A DNA stretch of 64,000 bases from Candidatus Aenigmatarchaeota archaeon (GCA_043802485.1 JAZDKZ010000006.1:2670-66669); one strand, 5' to 3'. Counted from the first letter of the stretch, positions 29,436-39,450 are shown. Notes: generated by a model from the letters alone, not told the origin. Program-made: numbers and translations.

Positions 29436-29502
29436 TGTATCACTAGTAATAATGTTCCTCAAACTTAATATTATTTATAAAGGTCTGATTACAATAACTC
29501 TT

Positions 29503-29787
29503 ATGCCAGTAAGTACAGCGCCATACAAGAGAGAATACGCCCACACAAAGGGAAGGGGCAGGGAAGGGATGGTAAGGTGCGGTTTCTGCGGCAAGAGCTG
29601 TCCTAGATGGAAGGCTTTCATAAAGTACAAGGGCTTTAGGATAACGGATCCTGTTTTAAGGAAGCAGATACCAAGGTACAACATACACACATTCCAGCAG
29701 AAGATATATGTATGTCCAAGCTGTGCAAGATTCAGGCATATTGTCCAACCTGGCAAAAGTGTCAGGAAGAAACATCTCAAGACTTAA
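29503..29787 (+). CDS. rps26e: 30S ribosomal protein eS26-like
   Basis: KGRGR..VRCGFCG...PR.KA ... YVCPSCAR...IV zinc-binding pattern. Confidence 0.75.
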   Translation: MPVSTAPYKREYAHTKGRGREGMVRCGFCGKSCPRWKAFIKYKGFRITDPVLRKQIPRYNIHTFQQKIYVCPSCARFRHIVQPGKSVRKKHLKT

Positions 29788-29820
29788 AAGCTTAGATTTC
29801 TATATAATTAAAGTGATTTT

Positions 29821-30150
29821 ATGAACGTAATCGATATAAAACCAGTCGGGATGCCAGAAGCAAAGGTTATAATGTCTAGCATTGAGAAGGACAGGGAGTT
29901 GACATACGAACAGAAGCTGGCTTTGGAGCATTTGAACAAATTCACTATTTTAGCGCCTGCAGAGGCAAAAAAACTTTTAGAGGAAATTTCAGGCGTTCTA
30001 AGAATGTCTGATGAGACCAAAATACAAATTCTGAATCTCTTGCCAAAGAACCCAGATGAGCTTAGAATGATATTTACAAGAGAGAACTTTAGCCTAAAAG
30101 AGAACGAGATCAAGAAGATTCTGGAGATAATCAAAAAGTATCTCAGGTGA
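29821..30150 (+). CDS. rpoF: RNA polymerase subunit Rpo4 (F)
   Basis: ELTYEQKLALEHL, LLPKNPDELRMIF; conserved adjacency to DUF655. Confidence 0.92.
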   Translation: MNVIDIKPVGMPEAKVIMSSIEKDRELTYEQKLALEHLNKFTILAPAEAKKLLEEISGVLRMSDETKIQILNLLPKNPDELRMIFTRENFSLKENEIKKILEIIKKYLR

Positions 30151-30716
30151 TAACCATGCCATTTCTACGAGACGAGAACGTCATAGTATTAGATTTCCTT
30201 TCAAGGGGGCATGCCACAGGTAGGCAGGAGCCAATAGCTCAGGTCATAGGCAACAAGTACTTTTCCTTGTTAGAGGTGGTTGTGAAAAAGGACGTTATCC
30301 TGAAGACAGGTGATGTTGTCTACATAGGCGAGTCTAAAAGGGACAAGATAGACCACATAAAGAGAAGGATAACTGTAAGGGACCTTACAACATTCGCAAA
30401 GTCGGAGCTCCCCTTTGTGGTCGAGAAGGTTGTTGTCGAGAACGAGATAATATTTGTCGAGTTCTTCAACAAGGCGCAGTCAATCTCCACCAGGCTTCAT
30501 CAGTTGGAGCTGATACCTGGCGTTGGCAAGAAGCACATGTGGGACATCATAAAGGAGAGAAAGAGCGGTCCCTTTGCAAACTTTGCTGACATAAAGAAGA
30601 GGATAAAGCTCATGCCCGACCCAAAGAGTTCTGTGATCAAGAGAATAATGGAAGAGCTTGATGATGACAACATCAGGTACAGGCTGTTTGTTGCAGGCCC
30701 GGTCAGAAGATTCTGA
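30147..30716 (+). CDS. DUF655 family nucleic-acid-binding protein
   Basis: VLDFL..G, STRLHQLELIPGVGKK HhH motif. Confidence 0.9.
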   Translation: MITMPFLRDENVIVLDFLSRGHATGRQEPIAQVIGNKYFSLLEVVVKKDVILKTGDVVYIGESKRDKIDHIKRRITVRDLTTFAKSELPFVVEKVVVENEIIFVEFFNKAQSISTRLHQLELIPGVGKKHMWDIIKERKSGPFANFADIKKRIKLMPDPKSSVIKRIMEELDDDNIRYRLFVAGPVRRF

Positions 30717-31006
30717 TGGACGAATTAGAAGAGATGCAAAAACTTCTTTTGAAAATACCAAAGGGTAGGGTCGTTTCTTACAAGGAACTTGCCAGGAAGC
30801 TCGGCATCCATCCAAGGACTGCTGCTAGGCTTTTGAGCAGGAATCCATTTCCTGACAGATATCCCTGTTACAAGGTAGTCTGTTCTGACGGCAGACTCGG
30901 TGGCTATTCTGGGGGTCTGAAAGAGAAGAAAAAAAGGCTTGAGAAGGACGGAATAGATATTAGAAATGGTGGGATCGATATCAAGCGCTTTTATCACTTT
31001 TCTTAG
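30716..31006 (+). CDS. ogt: Single-domain methylated-DNA-protein-cysteine methyltransferase
   Basis: IPKGRVVSYKELA, NP....YPCYKVV, LGGYSGG. Confidence 0.85.
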   Translation: MDELEEMQKLLLKIPKGRVVSYKELARKLGIHPRTAARLLSRNPFPDRYPCYKVVCSDGRLGGYSGGLKEKKKRLEKDGIDIRNGGIDIKRFYHFS

Positions 31007-31346
31007 ACCTTATTAGATATTTGCTTTTGGTGGGAAGCTTGGGTAAAATTATTTCGCTCACAGGCTCCTTTTTTCTGTTGTGTTTATCACATCCCCTATG
31101 CAAGAAAAATGAATAATCCATATGAGTAATAACAAAGTCATAGTTAGGAGAAAGGCTGATATTAGAATCATCGGTAATGATAGAGGCACCAAGACCTGTC
31201 AATACAGTCTCTAAATTCTTTACCTTTGCCCCTAATTCGTACATTTTTAGCTTGCCATGTGCCTTAAGCAGTCTGACAGTGTAATGATTTTCAGAGCCTT
31301 TGACTAGGCATTTCAAAAATATACGTTCTTTATTCACTTCTTCCAT
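30981..31346 (-). CDS. Hypothetical protein
   Basis: 121-aa AT-rich ORF, no recognised motif. Confidence 0.5.
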   Translation of the reverse strand: MEEVNKERIFLKCLVKGSENHYTVRLLKAHGKLKMYELGAKVKNLETVLTGLGASIITDDSNISLSPNYDFVITHMDYSFFLHRGCDKHNRKKEPVSEIILPKLPTKSKYLIRSKKSDKSA

Positions 31347-31447
31347 TCAACATATTGCTGAATAAAGCTTTATATTATTACTGTCCAGTGATAGTTTTAT
31401 ATATGACCTATACCTTAATATTATTACGGCTAAGTGATAAAGGTGTT

Positions 31448-31648
31448 ATGGTGATACAGTTCAGAAACGGTGACTATATGTTCAGGAAAATAAAACCCAA
31501 AAGACCTGTTGTGATAAGAAACGGCAACACGGTTAAAGTTTGCTATTACTATCAGGGCACTAAAACGTGTCTGGGTCCTATGTGCTATTGGCTCAAGATA
31601 GGCCATTGTCCCATATGTAAAAGGATAAAGACCAGAAACGCAAAGTAA
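31448..31648 (+). CDS. Small Cys-rich hypothetical protein
   Basis: GGTG ribosome-binding-like motifs; C-terminal Cys cluster with CPIC; start uncertain. Confidence 0.5.
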   Translation: MVIQFRNGDYMFRKIKPKRPVVIRNGNTVKVCYYYQGTKTCLGPMCYWLKIGHCPICKRIKTRNAK

Positions 31649-31658
31649 GGTGTAAAAT

Positions 31659-31892
31659 ATGGTCGAATATTGTAAACATTATGAAAGAGAGGGAGATTGT
31701 CCCACTATGACAGCTGCTAGAAACCTAATTAATCACCACTCAGATGAAGCCCGCGTTTTTTATATATCTCCCACAAGTGGTACTAGAGCTAGTTCAAATG
31801 TTATAGCGCACGATGCTTTTTTAGAAATATATTGTAGAAAAGGTGGTGCGGGTTGTGCTGTTAAACGCCATCTTGATAGTTGTACAACATGA
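31659..31892 (+). CDS. Small Cys-containing hypothetical protein
   Basis: AGGTG ribosome-binding site; 77 aa. Confidence 0.55.
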   Translation: MVEYCKHYEREGDCPTMTAARNLINHHSDEARVFYISPTSGTRASSNVIAHDAFLEIYCRKGGAGCAVKRHLDSCTT

Positions 31893-31910
31893 TAAATCTT
31901 TCATGAAATC

Positions 31911-33020
31911 TTAAAATTTTAATAATTTTTTAAAAGATTTGAAATCAGCATCAGTCTTTATTGCCGTAAGGCAGAAATGTGTTCTGGACGCTTTGAAGCC
32001 TTTTTTCCTCAGTTTTTTCAGCAAGACTTCTGTTTTGGGTATTGTGAAGCCTTTTGCTTTGGCTAAGCAGTGTATATCATAATAGAAAGGCGGCATGCCT
32101 GCTTCCGCTATCAACATATCCAGCAACTTCTCTTCCTTTTTTGCTAAAGCGAATTTCCTTTCTTTTAAATCTTCCAAGACCTTTTTGCAGAACGTCTTGT
32201 TGTTTATCTCTCCCAAGTACAGAGGGCCTGTTATCTGGAAGTCCTTGCCGCAGGAGCACTTCTCCTTTATCTTTCCGAAAACTCTGTTGCCGCATGAGCA
32301 GTGCATTACATAGCCGAACTCGTTGACAAGGTCATTTATCTTGCCCAAGCTTTCTATCCTTCCTATTGTTCTGAAATAATGCCTGTCAGAATGCGTTATC
32401 ATTGGTATGAACGCCCTTTCCCTCTTCGATAGAGCCAGTATTATGTTAGTTAATAGTATCCTGATTCCAAGCTCTGCATAGTATTCTGTCTTCATTGACT
32501 TCAGTCCGTATTTCTTCAGGCATTTCAGGGGATAGGTTCCTGAAAGCGGAGCCTGGTCAGTTGCTGTTACACATAACAGACCTTTGTGATGAATAGACCT
32601 TGCAGCAGAGTCGAGAAAGTTGACAGGCGAGCCGAAAGGATCAATGTCAATGACAACGAAAACGTTTTGATGTAGAAGCACGTTGGCGTCGCTCTTGCTT
32701 GTCTTGCATTTTTTCGTGAGCTTATTCTCCTTTATATTTTTCTTTATGAGTCTAACTGCGACAGGATTATTGTCATTCAGCACAACCTCTTTGGCATTCT
32801 TTATTTCCTTGGCATACCTCAGGCCTCTTGCGCCTGTTCCTGACAGTGCGTCGCATATGCTTATCTTGTCATCAAAATCTTTCTGAAAGACTTGTATAGC
32901 TGATATTGACAAATCCCTTAGCAATTCTGCTTCTGGGTTGTAGAATACAGAAGCTTTATGCTTGTCTTCCATGGGTATCCAGATTTTTGCCTTTCCTTCC
33001 TTGATTTTCTTTAGTTTCAT
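31911..33020 (-). CDS. trm1: tRNA (guanine26-N2)-dimethyltransferase
   Basis: VFYNP, DALSGTGARGLRY, DIDPFGSP, VTATD, SRTHF. Confidence 0.95.
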   Translation of the reverse strand: MKLKKIKEGKAKIWIPMEDKHKASVFYNPEAELLRDLSISAIQVFQKDFDDKISICDALSGTGARGLRYAKEIKNAKEVVLNDNNPVAVRLIKKNIKENKLTKKCKTSKSDANVLLHQNVFVVIDIDPFGSPVNFLDSAARSIHHKGLLCVTATDQAPLSGTYPLKCLKKYGLKSMKTEYYAELGIRILLTNIILALSKRERAFIPMITHSDRHYFRTIGRIESLGKINDLVNEFGYVMHCSCGNRVFGKIKEKCSCGKDFQITGPLYLGEINNKTFCKKVLEDLKERKFALAKKEEKLLDMLIAEAGMPPFYYDIHCLAKAKGFTIPKTEVLLKKLRKKGFKASRTHFCLTAIKTDADFKSFKKLLKF

Positions 33021-33144
33021 AAGAAAAGAATTGGTCTCTGTTGTATTTCTTATTTTCTATGTCTTCGACCTTTGACGAAACAATCAAATGTCGTGGTTAG
33101 TTTTATAAACTTTTCAGCGGTATCTTTTTAGATAAGGTGATAAG

Positions 33145-34218
33145 ATGGGTATCGATATTAAGAAATTCTTGTTGGAGAAGAAGCCCACAATCGACAAGCT
33201 GGTCGAGAAGTGGATACCAAAAGAATTTGACAAGGACTATATGGACTTTGTTTTCGGCAATACGAAATACGAGTACAACATAGATGTTGTAAACAAGACC
33301 ATCACCAAGCTCATCTGGGAGTTCCTTGGTCGCGGCGGAAAAAGATGGAGGCCTGCTCTGTTTCTTCTTGTTGTAGAGGCTCTTGGAGGGGATAAAGAAA
33401 AGTTCTTTGACTTTGTGATAATACCCGAGATCATCCACAACGGCACCCTGTTCGTCGACGACATAGAGGACAGGAGCGAGTTGAGGAGGGGCAAGCCGTG
33501 CATGCATCTGCTTTACGGAGTTGATGTTGCTATCAACACGGGAAACATGATGTACTATCTGCCCTTGTTGCCCTTGTTGAAGAACAGGGAAAATATCGAT
33601 TCTCAGATACTTATCAATGTTTACGAGACATATGTTCAGGAAATGATAAACCTGAGCCTTGGTCAGGCAATGGACATAGCATGGCATAATGGCATGTGCA
33701 ATTCGGACAACCTTTCCGAGAAAGAGTACCTGCAGATGTGTGCTTTCAAGACCGGGACCTTGGCAAGGATGTCAGCCAAGATAGCCGCCATACTTTCCGG
33801 TGCTAGCAAAGACTTGACAGAAAAAATCGGTAGCTATGCGGAAACGATAGGGGTGGCCTTCCAGATACAGGACGATGTTCTGAACCTTGTAGAGGGAGAG
33901 TTCACCGAGAAAAAAGGTTTGGGAGAGGATATAACAGAGGGAAAGAGAAGCCTTTTGGTTATACACACCCTTAAAGAGGCAAGTCCTGAGGACAGGAAGA
34001 GGCTGCTGGAACTTCTTGAGATGCATACCTCTGACCAGAAACTGAGGGACGAGGCAATAGCGATAATCAAAAAATACGGTTCCATCGAATACTCAAAAGA
34101 TGTTGCCAGGAATATGATTCTTGATGCATGGAACGATATCGATAAGCTGATTCCAGATTCTGACGCCAAAAAGAAGTTGAAAGCATTTGCTGACTATCTG
34201 GTTGAGAGAAAGATATGA
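33145..34218 (+). CDS. idsA: Polyprenyl (geranylgeranyl) diphosphate synthase
   Basis: GGKRWRP, DDIED..RRG, GQAMD, KTG, FQIQDD, EDITEGK. Confidence 0.92.
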   Translation: MGIDIKKFLLEKKPTIDKLVEKWIPKEFDKDYMDFVFGNTKYEYNIDVVNKTITKLIWEFLGRGGKRWRPALFLLVVEALGGDKEKFFDFVIIPEIIHNGTLFVDDIEDRSELRRGKPCMHLLYGVDVAINTGNMMYYLPLLPLLKNRENIDSQILINVYETYVQEMINLSLGQAMDIAWHNGMCNSDNLSEKEYLQMCAFKTGTLARMSAKIAAILSGASKDLTEKIGSYAETIGVAFQIQDDVLNLVEGEFTEKKGLGEDITEGKRSLLVIHTLKEASPEDRKRLLELLEMHTSDQKLRDEAIAIIKKYGSIEYSKDVARNMILDAWNDIDKLIPDSDAKKKLKAFADYLVERKI

Positions 34219-35006
34219 AGGACACCATAATACTGAAAATAGGCGGTTCTGTAATAACAGACAAGTTCAGTGATACGCCTAAGGTTGACTTGAAAAATCT
34301 CAAAAGAATCTCAAAGGAGGTTGCTTCTTCATACGATAGAGATAAGATGTCTTTGGTTATCGTTCACGGCGTCGGCTCTTACGGGCATGTTATCGTGAAA
34401 AAGACTGGAATACACAAGGGAATAGAAAGAAATGAACAATTGAATGATTTTGCGGAAACGCAGAGGCTCCAGAACGAGCTGAACTGCATAGTCACCAAAT
34501 ATCTTATAGAGGCTGGTCTTCCTGCTTTCCCCTGTCAGGCTTCTGCTTTTGCTGTGATGGATTCTGGCAGGCTTGTTAAAATGGATACTTCTGCGATAGA
34601 GGGACTTGTCAGTATGGGAATGATACCAGTCCTTTACGGCGTTCCTGCTTACGACAGGAAGCAGAAATGCTCGATACTTTCTGGGGACCAGATAGCTCCC
34701 TTTTTGGCCGTCAGGCTCAAAGCCAAGAAGATAATACACGGCACCAATGTGGACGGTGTTTTCACGTCAGACCCTAACAAGAATCACGATTCCAAAATAA
34801 TACCTAGAATAAACTCTGGCAATATAGATAAGGTGAAGGAGTGGTTGACAGGTTCAACGGCCACTGATGTTACCGGGGGCATGTTCGGGAAGATAAACGA
34901 GCTCTTGAACATAGGTGTCAAGTCGCAGATAGTAAACGCCCTTGTCGAGAACAACATTGTTAGGGTCATGAACGGCGAGGAGATAGGCACAATAATAGAG
35001 ATGTGA
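34215..35006 (+). CDS. ipk: Isopentenyl phosphate kinase
   Basis: LKIGGSVITDK, HGVGSYGH, SGDQI, DVTGGM. Confidence 0.92.
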   Translation: MKDTIILKIGGSVITDKFSDTPKVDLKNLKRISKEVASSYDRDKMSLVIVHGVGSYGHVIVKKTGIHKGIERNEQLNDFAETQRLQNELNCIVTKYLIEAGLPAFPCQASAFAVMDSGRLVKMDTSAIEGLVSMGMIPVLYGVPAYDRKQKCSILSGDQIAPFLAVRLKAKKIIHGTNVDGVFTSDPNKNHDSKIIPRINSGNIDKVKEWLTGSTATDVTGGMFGKINELLNIGVKSQIVNALVENNIVRVMNGEEIGTIIEM

Positions 35007-35090
35007 TTTTTCTATAGAAAAAAAGAAAAAACAAACACTTGACTATTTGTCTGGAGAACGACAAGGCTTGGTTCGAGAAACCTACTTTCT

Positions 35091-35285
35091 TTATTTCTTA
35101 GTAACATAGTAGATTTTGTTTGGGTTTTCAATGACCCTGTAGATTCTATCTACTGTTTTTCTCCCTTTCCCAAGAGAATAACCTGCAATTTTAATATTAG
35201 AGTCAGAATTTATTATTCTGTTAAATTCCCCTTTGCTCACTCTTACTACTTCTCCTGTTCTTCCCGCGTCTTTAAATCTTCTCAT
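35091..35285 (-). CDS. Small hypothetical protein (paralog of the next gene)
   Basis: GGAGAGG ribosome-binding site; TGEVV.VS..E.N.II motif shared with neighbour. Confidence 0.6.
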   Translation of the reverse strand: MRRFKDAGRTGEVVRVSKGEFNRIINSDSNIKIAGYSLGKGRKTVDRIYRVIENPNKIYYVTKK

Positions 35286-35314
35286 TTTATTAGCCTCTCC
35301 TTTAGGTCAAGGTT

Positions 35315-35491
35315 CTATTCATCTGGGGAATAGCGGCCTACTAACTTTCCTTTATTAAAGACCTCTGTCACACCAGTCGGTCCGTCGTAAATCATTTCAT
35401 GAGCATTTTTGATTATTTTGTTGAGCTCTTTCTGACTAACACTTACTACTTCTCCTGTTTCAACTTCTTTTTTTCTTTTGTAAAATCTCAT
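35315..35491 (-). CDS. Small hypothetical protein
   Basis: AGGTGA ribosome-binding site before MRFYKRKK; TGEVVSVS motif. Confidence 0.6.
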   Translation of the reverse strand: MRFYKRKKEVETGEVVSVSQKELNKIIKNAHEMIYDGPTGVTEVFNKGKLVGRYSPDE

Positions 35492-35535
35492 GTAATCACC
35501 TTTTTCACTTACGATGCTACGCCATAATAAATTGT

Positions 35536-35985
35536 TCAAAATTTAGAAGCGTAGTTGTATGCTTTAAGTTTATTATCAACTTCAATTGTTACTTCTTCTA
35601 CTTTTCTTTTGCCCCTGAAAATGTCTAATACAGAACCCACAGGGTTTGCCTCAAGATATAGATTATAATTATTTATTTCTGTCTTACCGTCCGTATCAAT
35701 GCCTAATGGTTCTGCTCTGGTTTTTATTCTATAACGCTTACTTTGATTTCTTTTATTGTAAGCATCAATGAAGTATGTTTTGGAGCATTTATCATTGTCT
35801 TCTATAGAAACAACAAGGAATTCATAATCATCTGTTTGGTGTCCCGAGAATAAACCTACTCTCTTACCCTTTTCAAGTATCTTGAATTTAGTACCACCCT
35901 CTGGCAGCATTATAATTCCTACATCGTTTACTTTCTTGATGCGACAATTAATTATTGACTTTGTTGTTATGGACATATTTATCAT
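35536..35985 (-). CDS. Hypothetical protein
   Basis: 149-aa AT-rich ORF. Confidence 0.6.
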   Translation of the reverse strand: MINMSITTKSIINCRIKKVNDVGIIMLPEGGTKFKILEKGKRVGLFSGHQTDDYEFLVVSIEDNDKCSKTYFIDAYNKRNQSKRYRIKTRAEPLGIDTDGKTEINNYNLYLEANPVGSVLDIFRGKRKVEEVTIEVDNKLKAYNYASKF

Positions 35986-36323
35986 CTTTGAACTCTATCA
36001 GCAGTAGCTACTTTTAGTGCTGTATAAACAGGTGGTCCGAATGTTAAAGCATATGCTGCTCCAGAAATGAGAAATTCAACAGGATCTTTAGGATAATCCA
36101 TACTATCTTTAATTTTTAAAACATAAACTGGAACAGCTTCTCTAAGAAAATCTAATACTACACCTGTTGCCAAAGCCCCTGTGATGTGTTTTTTCAATCC
36201 CATGTTCATCATCTTTTTAGAGGTCAAAACATACCTCTTTTCATAACTACTATTATGTGATAAATATACAAATTTCTCCTTTACCAGAATCTCCGGTGAG
36301 GAAGCTTTAAAAGCAAAAACCAT
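35982..36323 (-). CDS. Hypothetical membrane-associated protein (true start probably near 36210)
   Basis: ORF with two moderately hydrophobic segments. Confidence 0.5.
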   Translation of the reverse strand: MVFAFKASSPEILVKEKFVYLSHNSSYEKRYVLTSKKMMNMGLKKHITGALATGVVLDFLREAVPVYVLKIKDSMDYPKDPVEFLISGAAYALTFGPPVYTALKVATADRVQR

Positions 36324-36360
36324 AAAGCTTTTTAAAGCTTTGTGGTTTAACTATTAGGAA

Positions 36361-37182
36361 GTGGTAAATATGATAGTCGAAGGTATGCTCGTTGATGGGA
36401 ATAACACAATTTTTCCTAAAAATTATGTTTTAAATGCTGTCAAAGAAGTTGACAAGGATCACCCTGGTATATACAAAGACGCGATAGATATCCTCTCTAA
36501 AGGTGAAGATAGAGATAAGGCCGTTTCAAAGGCATATAGTCTTTTCAACAAATATGGAATAACAGACGTCGAATATTATCTTGCTAACAAGAGAGTTATG
36601 GGTGAAACAGAAATTGCGGAACCTTTCAAGAAAGTGGTGAGAGAAAATCCATATCTAAAAATGATAGGTGTGCTCACTCATTCAGACTTCATATCTACTT
36701 TTGCTAACATATACGAACATCTGGATCCCTTGACCCCGGCAAAAATATTGCCTTTTACTACTGGAATCGAGATGGATAAGTATGGTGTAATAAAGAAACA
36801 TCCGACAGACATAATAGATTCTTCTGCCAGAGCCGAGATAGCAGAGGGGCTGAGTAAAATAATCAAAGTTGTGGGTATCGGTGACAAGGACTGGGGCATA
36901 AACCTTGATTTTGTGGGGAAATGTCATGCCGGGATTGAAATCGACAACCAAATGAATGATTATAAGAGGAAAAAAGGTAAAGATGCTGTTTTTGTCGGTG
37001 GGATTTCAGACTTGCCCAACATGTTCAAAGAGATATACAAACTACCTGATCCTAAAATTAACAATAAAAAACCTTTGGAATACTATTTTCAAAAAATTTT
37101 GGATAATCTGGAACCTGGCGAACCAATACCGCGTTTTTTGGATAAGCCAGAGTTTAATTCCGAGTTATCGATTATGGTGTGA
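36361..37182 (+). CDS. Hypothetical protein, possible HAD-like fold
   Basis: LVDGNNTI N-terminal motif and VGIGD motif. Confidence 0.55.
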   Translation: MVNMIVEGMLVDGNNTIFPKNYVLNAVKEVDKDHPGIYKDAIDILSKGEDRDKAVSKAYSLFNKYGITDVEYYLANKRVMGETEIAEPFKKVVRENPYLKMIGVLTHSDFISTFANIYEHLDPLTPAKILPFTTGIEMDKYGVIKKHPTDIIDSSARAEIAEGLSKIIKVVGIGDKDWGINLDFVGKCHAGIEIDNQMNDYKRKKGKDAVFVGGISDLPNMFKEIYKLPDPKINNKKPLEYYFQKILDNLEPGEPIPRFLDKPEFNSELSIMV

Positions 37183-37185
37183 ATT

Positions 37186-37947
37186 ATGAACGAAAAACTA
37201 CTAAATGATTTGATTGAATTTGGACTTACAGAGTACGAGGCCAAAGTATATCTGAAGCTGGTCACAAGAGGGCCTCTGACAACTTCCGAGATAAGCAAGC
37301 TTGCAAAGATTCCCCAGACCAAGGTCTATGAGATAATAAAGAAGCTCAGTATGAGGACGATAATAGAAGAATCTTCTGAGAATGGTCACAAGAAGTTCAA
37401 GTCGGTTGGGCCCGAACATGCCATAAACAAGATAATAGCAAATAGGGAAGATGAAGTTAACAATATGAAAAGTATAGGTAGGGAAATCCTCAAACAGATT
37501 GAGGAAAAGACAATCCCGTTTGATGGCAAGAAAGGCATATGGTTGTCTGAGGGCAAGAGGGAATTCCTGGAAAAATCTTCTCTGATGATAAAAAGGTCAA
37601 AGAAATATGCTTACGGAATAACAAGAGAGTTTTCCAGAATCTCTGATTTGGATGAGGAGATTTTATCTGCTTCAAAGAGGGGCGTTAAGGTGAAACTTCT
37701 AGGTATAGGGGAATTCGGTGCTTTGAATAAGGAAAGGGCCAAATGGTATTCTTCTAACAACGTTGAGATAAGAATGATAAAACTAGGTGTACAGCCTAGG
37801 ATTTGCCTTGTCGACAACAAGGAAGTGTGCATAAGGATAGACAACGAGCATAATTCAGAGTTCATGTGGTCGGACAACGAGGCCATGACGAATCTCGTGA
37901 AATCTTATTTCGAAGTTCTCTGGCAGAACGCACAAAAGTACAATTGA
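37186..37947 (+). CDS. TrmB-family transcriptional regulator
   Basis: FGLTEYEAKVY...IPQTKVYEII. Confidence 0.92.
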   Translation: MNEKLLNDLIEFGLTEYEAKVYLKLVTRGPLTTSEISKLAKIPQTKVYEIIKKLSMRTIIEESSENGHKKFKSVGPEHAINKIIANREDEVNNMKSIGREILKQIEEKTIPFDGKKGIWLSEGKREFLEKSSLMIKRSKKYAYGITREFSRISDLDEEILSASKRGVKVKLLGIGEFGALNKERAKWYSSNNVEIRMIKLGVQPRICLVDNKEVCIRIDNEHNSEFMWSDNEAMTNLVKSYFEVLWQNAQKYN

Positions 37948-38034
37948 AATTTCGTCTATTGCCTGATATGGCAAAAGTCGAGGTTAGGTATATATCCTGC
38001 CTTCTATAAAGAAAGGGAATAGTTTGGTGATGAG

Positions 38035-39450
38035 ATGGCAAAGATTGTTGGTATTGATGATATAGCGACATATGTTCCAAGAACATTTCTTGAACTTGTG
38101 CCAGAAGAAAAATCAAATGGAAGATATCTAGAAACCGAGTTTTCTAAGAGTAGAGAACTGCAACCTTCTTATCTTGCAGAAGGCCTGGGAACCTACCAGT
38201 TCGGTTGGCCTGATGGACATCAGGACCCAATCACGATGGGTGTAATGTCCTTAAAAAAACTAATAGAGAACAACGACCTTGAACTTTCTGAAATTGGTAG
38301 GGTTTATGTTGGGACGGAGAGTTCTGTTGACCATTCCAAACCTAATGCCATGTACATCGTAGGCGCTATTGAGAGACTAAAAGGCAGGAAAGGTGAAATG
38401 AAGAACTGTACTCCTGTTGATGTGAAATTTGCCTGTGCTGGTGGAACAGTCCCTGTCGAATTTTCGGCCGAATGGATAGAGACGGGAAAAAATAATGGAA
38501 AGTGTGCTGTAGTAATCACAACCGATGTTTCTTCTTATAATCTTTTTAGTCCTGAAGAGGTCACGCAGGGTGCTGGTTCGGTTGCCATGTTAATCAAAGA
38601 AAATCCGAGACTGTTGGCACTTGAAAACGGTATGAATGTAGAGATTGCGTCGACCATCAGCAGAGATGAGAGAGATTTTTTCAGGCCGGCTGACAAGCAT
38701 TTTGCAGTCGTGGACGGTCCTCTTTCTGTAGGTTGCTATCTTGATACATGCAAGGCAGCTTTTTTGGAATATAGAAATCGAGCAAAAAAGCAAGGACTTA
38801 TCAATGATGGAGAATGTCTTACAGACAAGACGGATAGAATACTACTCCACCTTCCTTTCAATAAAATGGGGGAGAAAGCGTCAGCCGAACTATTTAATCA
38901 CGAAAGAAGAGGCAAGTCTGTGTGGCAAGATATTACAAATGAGATAGGACAGGAACCGAGTAAGGAAGATTACAAGGCGAGTAAGTTATTCATGAAAAAA
39001 CTTAAGAAGACTCAACAATTCAGAAATTTCTTTGATGAAAAACTAAAAAGCGGAACAATTGCTTCGAAAAGAACAGGTAACACTTATACAGGTTCTCTTT
39101 ACAACGCCTTTTGCAGTATGCTTGAGGCGGATTCACAAAAAGGAATCGATTTAGCTGGGAAGAGAATAGCTTTTGGTTCTTATGGTAGTGGTGCTATTTT
39201 CAAAGCATTTACTGGGGTCATACAGCCGGATTACAAGGAAGTCGTATTGAACCTCGACCTGCTAAAGCAGTTGGACCAGAGAGAAAAAAACAAAAAAGGA
39301 TCACTCTCTCTAAAGAATTATGAAAGACTTCACGAAAAAAAGATGGGGATAGAGGAATCTGTTATTGAGCCTGAGAATGAATTCATTCTCGCTAGAATTG
39401 GCGACACACCTCTCGATAGGGGCTATAGATATTACGAGTTTGCTGGTTAG
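38035..39450 (+). CDS. mvaS: Hydroxymethylglutaryl-CoA synthase (bacterial/haloarchaeal type)
   Basis: VGTESSVDHSK, KFACAGG, TQGAGSVAML, DFFRP, HLPF, GNTYTGSLY, SYGSG. Confidence 0.92.
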   Translation: MAKIVGIDDIATYVPRTFLELVPEEKSNGRYLETEFSKSRELQPSYLAEGLGTYQFGWPDGHQDPITMGVMSLKKLIENNDLELSEIGRVYVGTESSVDHSKPNAMYIVGAIERLKGRKGEMKNCTPVDVKFACAGGTVPVEFSAEWIETGKNNGKCAVVITTDVSSYNLFSPEEVTQGAGSVAMLIKENPRLLALENGMNVEIASTISRDERDFFRPADKHFAVVDGPLSVGCYLDTCKAAFLEYRNRAKKQGLINDGECLTDKTDRILLHLPFNKMGEKASAELFNHERRGKSVWQDITNEIGQEPSKEDYKASKLFMKKLKKTQQFRNFFDEKLKSGTIASKRTGNTYTGSLYNAFCSMLEADSQKGIDLAGKRIAFGSYGSGAIFKAFTGVIQPDYKEVVLNLDLLKQLDQREKNKKGSLSLKNYERLHEKKMGIEESVIEPENEFILARIGDTPLDRGYRYYEFAG

